A stretch of 63,541 nt of DNA, filler included, from Octopus bimaculoides (taxonomy: Eukaryota), in the NCBI RefSeq assembly GCF_001194135.2. It is 9 parts of 8 records of this genome, joined end to end, with 100 filler letters (N's around TTAATTAATTAA, not from the genome) between each part and the next. Parts side by side here need not be neighbours in the genome. Positions count along the whole stretch, not along the records: positions 1 to 5,830 come from NC_068999.1; positions 5,931 to 14,857 come from NC_068985.1; 7 more parts are not named here. One strand, given 5' to 3'. Shown here in pieces: positions 1 to 11,329 of this stretch. Made by a program: the position numbers and the translations under genes. Below the pieces are notes generated by a model. That model worked only from the letters and a program-made list of their open reading frames with translations. It searched no databases and was not told the DNA's origin. Within the stretch, counting starts at the first letter, position 1. Each line of letters begins with the position of its first letter.

Positions 1-39
<39 letters not shown>

Positions 40-711
40 CATTACAAATGTCTTGTACAAGCTTTTATCACTTAAATTCTATGACGTACACCTGTCTCAC
101 TACCATTGATCCGTTTTGTATTTTGTAAAGTCCAACAGTAACGGATACATACGCACATGCAAGGATTAATCAGGCTGAATGTGAGGCGACTATCATCTGA
201 CAAGATGAAGCAGCATGTATGTATGTATAATTGCGTGTGCGTTTGCGCGCGCACGCGTATGTCTGTGTCTGTGTGTGTGTATGTGCGTGCACGCGTATGT
301 CTATGTGTGTGTTTGTGTGAATCGTAGAGCTATCAATAAAGAGAGAATGTGAAAATGTTACGATATTGTGTAAAGAGAAAATAAAGAATTTTTAACAAAG
401 GACCTCTATAAAGTGTATAATGCACAAAGTAATTCTAATTACTTAATAATTAGAAGAAAGTATTAGCTCTCTGAATAATAATATTTTAATTAACAAGAAA
501 ATATTACACCGGAAGTTTTTCCGTCTTATTAGGCATCCCCTTCTGATTTACCAGATTAACGTTAATAGAATCACTGCATTGGTGTAAAGTACTGTATACC
601 AGTAGGTATTAACTATGATATTCACAGAAGCAAATTAATGGGGGATGCTATACGTGTGGAAATTAGCAATCAAATTTGTGCGGTTGTATTTAATACAGTA
701 CAGGAAAAAAA

Positions 712-918
712 AGGCGGTAGCTGGCAGATTGTTGGTACGCCGGGAAAAACGCTCAGTGGCATTTCGTCCATCCTTACGTTCTATGTTCAAATTCTGCCGA
801 GGTTGACTTTGGCTTTCATCTTTTCAGGTCCGACAAAATAAGTACCAGTTGAGCACTGGGATCGGTTTCCTTGACTTACGTTCTCCCCCGAAATTGCTGG
901 CTTTGTACCAAAATTTGA
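712..918 (+). mobile_element. tRNA-derived SINE family B (central block resembling the Meta domain)
   Basis: ggcggtagctggcag...gttcaaattc...gactttggctttcatcttttcaggtccgacaaaataagtaccag. Recurs at about 2347-2547 (-), 8730-9105 (inverted pair), 17040-17213, 17383-17487, 26833-26930, 27495-27665, 30302-30412 (all -) and 40028-40195 (+). Confidence 0.75.
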
Positions 919-1019
919 GGTCAGTATCGTAAAGAAACAAAGAAGCCTCGGCCTGTAACAATTCCTTCCAAAAATGAGATTATTCTAATGTTAATCATTA
1001 ATCGATGACTAATTCTGCT

Positions 1020-1250
1020 CCTTTTCAAGGTCCAGTCCTTCTTGCAGTGGTGTGGCTCCTGTGCCTCAATGACCTTGAAAGCTTATGCCAGAAGAGAGCA
1101 GTCTCCTTGTAGGGCATCCCACGGTGGACAAATCTAGGTATAGAGGTCAGATTAATATGGACCACTACTTCCCTGATTTAAAACAAAATAGGTTGCAAAG
1201 GGCCAACACCCCTACCTAGAAAAAAGCAAAGTTACAGAAGTATTGATGAT
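1020..1250 (+). mobile_element. Probable 5' UTR fragment of an RTE-type LINE
   Basis: Ends ggttgcaaagggccaacacccctacctagaaaaaagcaaagttacagaa, similar to RTE 5' UTR endings as recalled. Contains a 10-bp inverted repeat. No ORF. Confidence 0.35.
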
Positions 1251-1595
1251 ACATACCATCTCTAGCGTATTTTGAGTAATTATACTTACGTACATACATA
1301 TACACAGATACACATACACACACGTATATATATACGTGTCTACATGCAGCTCAGATTCATGTACGATGATGAAAAATCATCGATGACCTAAGCTCCATGG
1401 AAAGCAAACGGCTTAAGTAATTAAGAGAGGTGCCTTCTGTTCACCGTATAATTATCATTGGTGGTATATTTTCTGTCACTAAATTAAGTAGCATGGCAAT
1501 AACTTTATTGTTATTTTCAATGCGGATGGAGTCTAATAGGTAATTTCCATCAGAAATTTAAATTATTGCTTCTTATTTTATGTTTTACTTGTTTG

Positions 1596-1993
1596 GGCTG
1601 TGTGGTAAGTAGCCTGCTTACCAACCACATGGTTTCGGATTCATTCCCACTGCGTGGCACCTTGGGCAAATATTTTCTAGTATAGCCTCTGGCCGACCAA
1701 AGCCTTGCGAGTGGATTTGGTAGACGGAAACTGAAAGAAGCCCGTCGTATATATGTATATATACATATATGTATGTGTGTATATGTCTGCGTGTCTGTGT
1801 TTGTCCCCTAATATCGCTTGACAACCGATGGTGGTGTGTTCACGGTCCCGTAACTAAGCGGTTCGGCAAAAGAGACCGATAGAATAAGTACTAGGCTTAC
1901 AAAGAATAAGTCCTGGGGTCAATTTGCTCGACTAAAGGCGGTGCTCCAGTATGGCTGCACTCAAATGACTGAAACAAGTAAAAGAGTAAAAGA
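1596..1993 (+). mobile_element. tRNA-derived SINE family A with CORE-like box and 3' extension
   Basis: A-box-like gctgtgtggtaag, B-box-like ggattcattccc, ccttgggcaa CORE-like segment, internal TA/TG tract, 3' block ending gactgaaacaagtaaaagag. Recurs many times in the window. Confidence 0.85.
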
Positions 1994-2346
1994 GACTGCG
2001 GCCATACTGAATTGAGACACCACCTTGTGCTATAGCGTTTTATGTCTACAGAAATGTTCAAGGCACATAAAATGAGTGAAAGATCAAACTGTATCCTAGA
2101 TTCGTTTGCTACAGTTCATTGGATCCCTTTCATCTACATTTTCTTTATGATAGCGCTAGATAAAAGCCGACCCCGTTAGAATAATTAAAATGTGTTTGTT
2201 CATGTGCTTTTCATTATTCTTATAAGAAAGGTTGCCTGTTGCTCGACTGCCTAGAAATATCAGCCAAAGATCTCCCAAATCAAATGATGTTTTTGGAAAC
2301 AGGCACATTACATAAGCATGATAAACTTCTATGGGTTCTTCTATAA

Positions 2347-2547
2347 GCACAAGGCCTGAAATTTTGGAAGAGGAAGTCACTCGATTGCATCGACACCAGT
2401 GCTCAACTGGTACCTATTTGATCGACTTCGAAAGGATGACAGGCAAAGCTGACCTCGACGGCATTTGAACTCAACACGTAAAGCCGTAAGAAATGCAGCC
2501 AAGTATTTTGTTCGGCGTGCTACTGATTGTGCTATCTTGCCGACTTA
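2347..2547 (-). mobile_element. SINE family B
   Basis: Reverse-complement match to 712-918, adjacent to (AAT)n. Confidence 0.78.
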
Positions 2548-2746
2548 ATAATAATAATAACAATAATAATTCTTTCTAATTTTGGCACAAGGCTAGCAAT
2601 TCTGAAAGGAAGGGGTCAAATAGATTATATTTGTCCGACGAGTTATCAGTTTTACCATCATCTTGCTTCTTTATCCTGCAATGATATATATTATCAACAA
2701 TGATATATTTTGTGTATATCGTGTATGTGTGTATGTATTACATATG

Positions 2747-2795
<49 letters not shown>

Positions 2796-4022
2796 NNNNN
2801 NNNNNNNNNNNNNNNNNNNNNNNNNNNNNNNNNNNNNNNNNNNNNNNNNNNNNNNNNNNNNNNNNNNNNNNNNNNNNNNNNNNNNNNNNNNNNNNNNNNN
2901 NNNNNNNNNNNNNNNNNNNNNNNNNNNNNNNNNNNNNNNNNNNNNNNNNNNNNNNNNNNNNNNNNNNNNNNNNNNNNNNNNNNNNNNNNNNNNNNNNNNN
3001 NNNNNNNNNNNNNNNNNNNNNNNNNNNNNNNNNNNNNNNNNNNNNNNNNNNNNNNNNNNNNNNNNNNNNNNNNNNNNNNNNNNNNNNNNNNNNNNNNNNN
3101 NNNNNNNNNNNNNNNNNNNNNNNNNNNNNNNNNNNNNNNNNNNNNNNNNNNNNNNNNNNNNNNNNNNNNNNNNNNNNNNNNNNNNNNNNNNNNNNNNNNN
3201 NNNNNNNNNNNNNNNNNNNNNNNNNNNNNNNNNNNNNNNNNNNNNNNNNNNNNNNNNNNNNNNNNNNNNNNNNNNNNNNNNNNNNNNNNNNNNNNNNNNN
3301 NNNNNNNNNNNNNNNNNNNNNNNNNNNNNNNNNNNNNNNNNNNNNNNNNNNNNNNNNNNNNNNNNNNNNNNNNNNNNNNNNNNNNNNNNNNNNNNNNNNN
3401 NNNNNNNNNNNNNNNNNNNNNNNNNNNNNNNNNNNNNNNNNNNNNNNNNNNNNNNNNNNNNNNNNNNNNNNNNNNNNNNNNNNNNNNNNNNNNNNNNNNN
3501 NNNNNNNNNNNNNNNNNNNNNNNNNNNNNNNNNNNNNNNNNNNNNNNNNNNNNNNNNNNNNNNNNNNNNNNNNNNNNNNNNNNNNNNNNNNNNNNNNNNN
3601 NNNNNNNNNNNNNNNNNNNNNNNNNNNNNNNNNNNNNNNNNNNNNNNNNNNNNNNNNNNNNNNNNNNNNNNNNNNNNNNNNNNNNNNNNNNNNNNNNNNN
3701 NNNNNNNNNNNNNNNNNNNNNNNNNNNNNNNNNNNNNNNNNNNNNNNNNNNNNNNNNNNNNTTGTAAACGTGATGCTAAAGTTTTAAATTAAATGAATGA
3801 TTGAAATGGGGGGGGAGGAAGACAAATATGTTACAGTACAGAAAAACTAAAAAATCGTGAGCTAATTGCTAAGTCAAAAATGGAGGAAGGGAGAGAACTA
3901 AGGGATTTCATCAAATTAAATATCTACTATATAAGGAAAACTAATTACATATTTTATATGAAGTGAAGAAAGTGAATAAAAATAAATAAAACATCATAGC
4001 CTAGTAATCTATTATATATGGT

Positions 4023-4282
4023 GCTAGGGATAGGAATAAAGCTAGCACCACCGGCCTAAGTAAATTTATTTGGGAACTGAAGGATTGCAATAAGCAATTC
4101 TCTTTGGAATGGTCTATACTGGCCACCTCGGTTCCCTACGACAAAGGTATGGATTTTTGTCCTCTTTGTAACTTGGAACTTTTTTATATCCTGTCTCCAA
4201 GAATCGCCTAGTTAACCAAATAACTCAGAGGGCGTACCGTTGTCAGCACTTCAAGAAACATACCTTTTTTTATTACCGTTAA
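4023..4282 (+). pseudogene. Penelope-like GIY-YIG endonuclease C-terminal fragment, frameshifted
   Basis: STTGLSKFIWELKDCNKQFSLEWSILATSVPYDKGMDFCPLCNLELFYIL, then in a shifted frame VNQITQRAYRCQHFKKH: the LSK.IW.LK...W.I...C.LC..E...N....C.H pattern of PLE ORF ends. Confidence 0.75.
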
Positions 4283-4339
4283 CTCCATCATTCCAACTCG
4301 GTTAAGTTTTAAGCATTATCATTATTATTATTATTATTA

Positions 4340-4392
<53 letters not shown>

Positions 4393-4769
4393 GTTATTAT
4401 TATTATTATTATTATTCTCACTAAATGTCCTCTGAATAATATCTACTTCTACATCCACCGTAACTTGTCTTTTTTTCCCCTTCTATAGTTGATTAAGTAA
4501 TTTCCTTCCCAGTAATTACTACTTGAGTTGCTTTGTACCGCTAGTTGCTTTGCCTTATATCCGACCTTCTCCTTATAGGCATGTATATTGTTGTTATTAT
4601 TATTATTTCTCAACAAAATACTCTGTACGTCGTTCTTCCATTCATTAGCGCTAACATCAGTATATTAATATATCATAGGGAAATGGTGTTTCATTTATGA
4701 TGTTTACATTCTTCGCTTCAAATCTGTGTTATTAATCTTAATATTTTTATAATCTTAAACAAAACACAT

Positions 4770-4832
4770 ATATATGTATATATATAGGCATATGTGTGTA
4801 TGTAAGTGTGTGTGTATGCATGTGTATGTATG

Positions 4833-4925
<93 letters not shown>

Positions 4926-5028
4926 GTGCGTGTGTGTGTTTGTGTGTTTGTGTGTGTCTGTGTGTCTCTGTGTGTGTGTGCGTGTGTGCGTGTGTGTGTT
5001 TGTGTGTTTGTGTGTGTCTGTGTGTCTC

Positions 5029-5061
<33 letters not shown>

Positions 5062-5150
5062 ATATATACAGGAATGTATGTATAGGTGTGCAAATATGTA
5101 TATATGTGTATGCGTAGGTGTGTATATATGTGTGTGTGTATATATATGTG

Positions 5151-5232
<82 letters not shown>
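4770..5232. repeat. Compound (TA)n/(TG)n microsatellite, representative of dozens in the window
   Basis: Directly visible. Similar tracts flank nearly every N gap and generate the YI/CV/TH ORFs in the track. Confidence 0.97.
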
Positions 5233-5235
<3 letters not shown>

Positions 5236-5830
5236 TTCTGCCTCATTCACTACTAGTTCTTTATTTTCCCCTTCTACAGTTAGCTAAGTAAATTCTTCTT
5301 AGTAATGTCACACAGGTTGTTGCTCGTGCCTTCGGTGACTTCAGCTAAGTATTTCCAATCTTCTTATAAGCGTGAACATTATTATCATTATTACTTCTCC
5401 AATAAATATCCTGTACCTTGTTTTACCATTAACTAACGCTAATATCCGTGTAATAATATAATATATTACTAGGCTATGATGTTTTATTTACTTTTATTCA
5501 CTTTCTTCACTTCATATAAAATATGTAATTAGTTTTCCTTATACAGTAAATATTTAATTTGATGAACTCCCTTAGTTCTCTCCCTTCCTCCATTTTTGAC
5601 TTAGCAATTAGCTCACGATTTTTTAGTTTTTCTGTACTGTAACATATTTGTCTTCCTCCCTCCATTTCAATCATTCATTTAATTTAAAACTTTAGCATCA
5701 CGTTTACAACCCCCTCCCTTTATATCTATATGTAAACAAGCGTTCTTATTCCTAACGCCCATGGAATAATATTATTGATCCCTTTATATCTCTATGTAAA
5801 CAAACGTTCTAACGGTCACTTGGCCATGTA

Positions 5831-5930
5831 NNNNNNNNNNNNNNNNNNNNNNNNNNNNNNNNNNNNNNNNNNNNTTAATTAATTAANNNNNNNNNNNNNN
5901 NNNNNNNNNNNNNNNNNNNNNNNNNNNNNN
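5831..5930. other. Artificial scaffold linker N44-TTAATTAATTAA-N44
   Basis: Exact 100-bp layout. The 12-mer recurs at 5875, 14902, 20411, 24347, 29197, 36533, 40965 and 57813. It is a palindrome with stops in all six frames. Confidence 0.95.
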
Positions 5931-6090
5931 TATATACGACGAGCTTCTTTCAGTGTCCGTCTACCAAATCCAATCATAAGACTTTGGTTGGCTCGAGGCT
6001 ATGGTAGAAGACACCTGCCCAAGTTTCCACGCAGTGGGGACTGAACCCGGAATCATCTGGTTGGGAATCAATCTTCTGTCTACACACCCA
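5931..6090 (-). mobile_element. SINE family A, partial
   Basis: Reverse-complement match to the head of 1596-1993. Confidence 0.8.
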
Positions 6091-6312
6091 TATATTGTTG
6101 AAAGTTTAATGCGTATCGTTTCACTAATATTTCACAATGAAACATCATCGTCAAATTTCCATAGTTTAAATAAATTTACTAAATTTTAGACGAAATAATT
6201 CAGATATTTTACTGTCCATTTATTGTAAAACAATATTTTATACGATATATATATTTAATTTCATTGATCTAATTGCAAATATTAATTTCATTTTATTTCT
6301 TCTTTGTCTCAG

Positions 6313-6433
6313 TAAAAGTTAGACTTACTTCTGATGCTAGGGTTGAAGTCCAACACGATGGAAATTGGGGACGTATCAAAGGAAGTGCCACTAGAGCAGA
6401 GTGCTCGGTCATCTGTAGAATGTTAGGAAAGGC
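6313..6433 (+). CDS. SRCR-domain protein, exon encoding N-half of SRCR domain 1
   Basis: tttgtctcag acceptor and gtaagt donor, phase 1 to 2. Translates KVRLTSDARVEVQHDGNWGRIKGSATRAECSVICRMLGK, matching the SRCR pattern VRL..RVEV.H.G.WG....VxCRxLG. Confidence 0.88.
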
Positions 6434-6783
6434 GTAAGTAATAGCTCATCTTCTGTAATTAAGGTATTACAATTCAAGAGAAGTAAGATCTTTTCTCAAG
6501 TTGCTGCTATCTAAAGACAATTTGAAACAAACAACGCTCAAAAAAATTATTTATTTCTTATATAGAATAATTTCTTGATAAAATAAATAGATTCAATATG
6601 AAATATCAATATTTCTCTCTCCACTTCCGAACCTCCATAATTATATGTAACCATAATAGATGATTTGATGTATTAACTTCTCCTGTGTGACTGGTAACAT
6701 TAATAAGTATTGCTACGTGGTTAAAATGCTCGCTTTACATGTGTGTGTATGTGTGTGTGTGCGTGTGTGTGTATGTGTGTGCT

Positions 6784-6826
<43 letters not shown>

Positions 6827-8137
6827 TTGTGTATTTGTGTACTTTTGTTTGTTCACCACTACTTCTTGACAACCGGTTTCGATTTGCATACGTCTCCGTA
6901 ACCGAGCGGTTGAGCAAAAAGACCGATAGAATTAGTACACGACTTAAAGATATATACGCTAGTCGATTTCTTCGACTAAATCCTTGAAAGTGGTGCATCG
7001 GCATGGTCGCAGTTTAATGATTGAAACTTGTAAAGGATAGAAGATATATTTGCCCAGAACATTGACAAATGCATTAAGAATTCGAAATCAACCTCGTAGC
7101 ATTCTAAACAATGACTTATACTTTTCGGCACAATAGCAACGCTGATTGTACCAAAAGCTTTCATTAAAGATACCACTTAGTACTTTACAATCAATAAGCA
7201 GTAGGGTCGTGCACTGCACACAAGTTCACCGAAGCATCAAACCAATCTACAAATATTTTATTGTCTTTAGACGACCTGAAATTGCCAGCATTTGGTTTGT
7301 CATTTTTATATACTTTTCTAAATGTATAATTATTTAGTTTTATGGGTCACAAGGATAACCTTTGTAAGAAAGAGTATTTAATCCCCCATCTTTCACGTAG
7401 TTAAGACTGAGGTTTCTTCCCCTATGTTTCCGAGCCATTGAAAAAAGACCATGAGTGTTTCTTTTCCTCCTCTAATTAAGTTATCAAAAAGTGCCATGAA
7501 TACACAGCGGTATATTATCGGGTCTCTTAAGTTACAAAAGATGATATATACCAAACATCACAGAGAATTCTATCTTTTTTGGCATCTCACCAAAACTTCC
7601 TGAATCTGCAATGCAAACTCTAGTTAATTTTGAATGGACTGTTTTAAACTAGTATCTTCATGTTTACATTTAGATGGATGTGAGATGAATATGGATTTTA
7701 GTGTCTTATATAGGAACCAATGAACTGTTAAAGGTAGAATAGTGAATGCGAACGACCTAGGTATTAGATTGTTGCACACACAATCACAAGATTGCGGTTT
7801 CAAGTCCCGAACCGGACGGTGAGTTGTGTTCTTTTAGAAAAATACTTTATTTAACGTTGCTTCAGTCGACTGAACTCAAAATGAGTGACTTTGCAACGGA
7901 GTGGTCTGTTATTCAGGAGGAAAGCTGTGACCTTGGTGACATCAAGAAAATCAGATAACCGCCCTAGGAATCGAAACAGTAATGTCCAAGGATTCATAAT
8001 GATAATAGAGGTAGAATGTCGTCTGACATCCCTTAAGCCAAGATGTTTGCATATTAAGAGCTCAAATATTTCGTTTTTCTTCTTTAGTAATCAACAATTT
8101 CTGATATTAATGCATTTTACACATGTTTATCCCACAG

Positions 8138-8292
8138 GTGTTCCTACTATTCTTCTTATGGCAGTTCTGGGAAGCGATTAGCAATAAATTCAATGAAGTG
8201 CCATGGAAACGAATCTGTTTTAACGGAGTGTAATATACAATGGACCAATGTCATATCCACCAATAATGAATTCGAGGTCACATGTTCCGAAG
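8138..8292 (+). CDS. SRCR-domain protein, exon encoding C-half of SRCR domain 1
   Basis: cccacag acceptor and gtattt donor, phase 2 to 1, in phase with both neighbours. CSYYSSYGSSGKRLAINSMKCHGNESVLTECNIQWTNVISTNNEFEVTCSE has the CxGxE..LxxC and terminal VxC motifs. Confidence 0.88.
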
Positions 8293-9802
8293 GTATTTCC
8301 TAATAACTTTTAAAGGGGATTGTGAATGGCGGCAGAATAAGTAGGGACACAGGCAAAATTCATTGTGGTTCGAAGGTTTTATACTATGTAATTTTTATCT
8401 CTGAAAATCCTACTTTCAAAGTCCACTGGGGTTAATTCCGTTTTTCATTCTTTCGAGACCATTTAACCTCAAGAACTGGTGATGGAATAAGCAGAGAGGT
8501 GGACAAAATTGGTTGTGGATTGAAAGCTTTACAGTAAGAAGTTTCGCCTTTGCAAAGTTCCCTGTTCGAATTCTGCCGGGATCAGTTTAATATTTCTTTT
8601 TTTTTTCAAGCGCCATAAAATGAGTCTCAATGAAACACCAGGGGTGCTGCTATCAAATAGTCACGCTCCTAAAAAGGAGCTGCCTTGTGGCCAGATTGTA
8701 TTGTTAGAATCGTTACAGCAGTGGGTTAAATGGTATTCCGGTATTTATTCACGCTTCTTTACATTCTGATTTGAAATTCCACTGAATTTACCGCTCATCT
8801 CACCGAGTTGAATAACATCAAATAGAGTCGATATAATCGCCTGTCTCTACCTTCCAGATTACTGAACTTGTCCTATAGAAAAAAAAAAACATTAAGATGT
8901 TTCTACTATAGACACAATGCCTGAAAGTTAGGAGAGAGAGATATTCGGTTATGTCGATCTCAGTGCTCAACTGGTACTTAGTTTATCAACCCTGAAATGG
9001 ATGAAAGAGAAAGTCGGTCTCGGCAACATTTGAACTCAAATCGTAAAACTGGAAGCATTTTGTCCAGCATGGTAATTATTCTGCCAGTTCGCTGCATTAA
9101 AAAAGCATTGTAATAATAAAACTAGAATCGTCGAATATAGGAAAATACAGAATATCTAAAGTACTTAGATTTATCCTTCTGTTTTGACATTTTATTTTAG
9201 CGTGTAGAGTTGGGTAAACAAGTATTGGTTAAATACCAAAACTACTCGTAATTCATTCGGCTCTATTAAGGGTGAGGCATTTCTAAACTTTTAGGCATTT
9301 CGCGAATTTTCAAATTAAACATTTTAAATTTTTGAATTCGGCACAGAACCAAAAATGGTAGGAAATAGCAGAGTCGATTGAATCTATTTTGGTGCTTGGC
9401 TGCAATTCAAATGTATAGACTTTAAGTCTATACATTAAGTTTTGAATTTAGGGTATAATATGAATCCATACGTTTTGAATTTAGGGTATAATATGAATCT
9501 AATAACTGAAAAAAATCTAATAGGAGATATTTTATCTAACGTGAAGCACTAGCGTGAAAACCAAACGTGAAACACTAACGCAAAGCAATACCTGATGTAA
9601 GTTTCCTAGAAGGTGAAATGTTTTTCGAACGTGAAACACGTTAAATACCAGCGTAAAATGTTGACGTGATACGCTAACGTGGAACATTGATACCGGCAAA
9701 AGTTACCTCGTAGGTAAGATTTTATCAAACGTGAAACACTAACGTCAAAAAATGATTAGTGAAGGTTTTCTGATGGCTGAGAATTTACCTAACACAGATG
9801 AA

Positions 9803-10118
9803 GGCGCATAGCTTAGTGGTTAGTGTATTCGGCTCACGAACGTAAAGTCGTGAGTTCAATTACCAGTGACGCATTGTGTACTAGAGCAAGACACTTTATT
9901 TCCTGTTGCTCCAGTCAACTCAGCTGTCAAAAATGAGTAGTATTTGCTTTCGAAAGGGCCAACCATGTCACATTCTTTATCCCGCTGACTCTCCCTGAGA
10001 ACTACATAAAGGGTACACGTGTCTGTGTAGTGATCAGCCACTTGCACGTGAATTTCACGTGCAGGTTGTTCCATTGATCGGATTAACTAGAACCCTGGTC
10101 GTAACCGACTGAGTGCGA
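9803..10118 (+). mobile_element. tRNA-derived SINE family C
   Basis: A-box tagcttagtgg, B-box gagttcaat, then gagcaagacactttatt..gttgctccagtcaactcagctg. A related copy lies near 7790-7980. Confidence 0.7.
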
Positions 10119-10401
10119 GTTATCTAATACGAAACACTAATGTGAAACAAATACAATGTGTTTACGAAAGTCACTCACAAGGTATTAGTAGAAGACGCAT
10201 GTTGAAGCTGCCACTCAGTGTAATTGAACCTGAAACCACGTGCCTGCAAAATGAGCTTCTTAACTCCACGGCAATGCCTGCGCGTATATGTTAATTTTTT
10301 TTATAATGTATTCTTATATTTTGATAATATATATTATATATTTTGGGTTTCAAACTTCAAGTAAAAACAATTCCCTTGCGTAACTTTCTTTTCTGCTTTA
10401 G

Positions 10402-10537
10402 ACCATGTTCGCTTTCGCAATGCTGGTAAACATCATGGCGTTGTTGAAATCTTCCATGATAATAAATGGGGTGGAATTTGTGGTAAATCTTGGACACGGA
10501 ACGATGCTATTGTCGCTTGCCGATCAATGGGATATTT
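10402..10537 (+). CDS. SRCR-domain protein, exon encoding N-half of SRCR domain 2
   Basis: ttctgctttag acceptor and gtaagt donor, phase 1 to 2. HVRFRNAGKHHGVVEIFHDNKWGGICGKSWTRNDAIVACRSMGY is a typical SRCR N-half. Confidence 0.9.
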
Positions 10538-10884
10538 GTAAGTTTTGTTATTTGAATTGTTTTTATTTGGTTGCTTCGTTTTATTTATTTTATTTTTTTC
10601 AATTCTCTAAGCCACATTATATATTAATCCTAACATTGCTACGTTTTTCAAATTTATTATTACCATCATTGTAACTTCTCCCATATAAAGTCATATGAAT
10701 TTCTAATTCATCTTTAGTTTTAAATAACACAATGAAATGGTGCATAAAATCGGTATTCAATCTGGAGCTTATTTTTAAAATACCAACTCACTTTTTCATT
10801 CTACTCCGACGAAGGGCCACTTTGCAAGAAATATTGAATTAAGAATAACTTATCTCACGAGACACTAGCATATTTCGTTTGCAG

Positions 10885-11062
10885 ATGTTACATACCATTC
10901 GCTAAGCAAGGGCATAACATGGCTTGCGTATACTTCCAGTAGAGGAATTAGAATTTGGTGCATCTAAATCTAAGATGAGATTATCACCCATTCTCATGAG
11001 TTGTGACAAAATGGAACAAAGACCAAGATCTATGGTTGGAATTCTTGCTTGAGTGCAATAAA
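10885..11062 (+). pseudogene. Candidate degenerate or truncated terminal exon of the SRCR gene
   Basis: tttcgtttgcag acceptor. In phase it reads (L)CYIPFAKQGHNMACVYFQ then TAG at 10940-10942. A shifted frame gives RILPVEELEFGASKS...MVGIL, loosely like an SRCR C-half. AATAAA at 11057-11062. Confidence 0.4.
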
Positions 11063-11082
11063 TGATATGATATGATATGATA

Positions 11083-11132
<50 letters not shown>

Positions 11133-11220
11133 GAGAATATACAAATAATAACAACAGACGAGGACAGGTGGTGTAAATAACAAAAGGATATATTAGTATG
11201 ACGCTCGGGAATACGGAAAG

Positions 11221-11257
11221 TCTTTGACGTTTCGAGCTACGCTCTTCAACAGAAAGA
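11221..11257 (-). ncRNA. Minimal type-I hammerhead-ribozyme-like motif (core variant)
   Basis: Minus strand TCTTT-CTGTTGA-A-GAGC gta GCTC-GAAACGTC-AAAGA: 5-bp stem I, 4-bp stem II, palindromic ACGT instead of a helix III loop. A6 is replaced by U. Confidence 0.5.
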
Positions 11258-11329
11258 ATACGGAGACAAGGAGAAAAACACGGAGAAAAAAAATTATATA
11301 TATATATATAAATTATATATATATATATA

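Larger units (their letters stand above)
3762..5709 (+). mobile_element. Penelope-like retroelement remnant with ~245-bp inverted arms
   Basis: 3762-4008 is a near-identical reverse complement of 5465-5709. The interior holds an endonuclease C-terminal fragment and a diverged direct duplication (about 4465-4710 versus 5255-5480). Confidence 0.7.

Noticed and set aside
2663-3792. Long ORFs spanning N gaps (also about 48.4-50.0, 54.9-56.3, 58.5-59.4 and 60.2-61.1 kb)
   Set aside because: Their length comes from untranslatable N runs plus dinucleotide repeats.
4747-5287. Poly-(TH), poly-(YI) and poly-(CV) ORFs, and similar ones across the window
   Set aside because: Translations of (CA)n, (TA)n and (TG)n microsatellites.
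9803-9875. tRNA-like heads of SINEs as tRNA genes
   Set aside because: They run straight into SINE bodies and do not form a complete cloverleaf.
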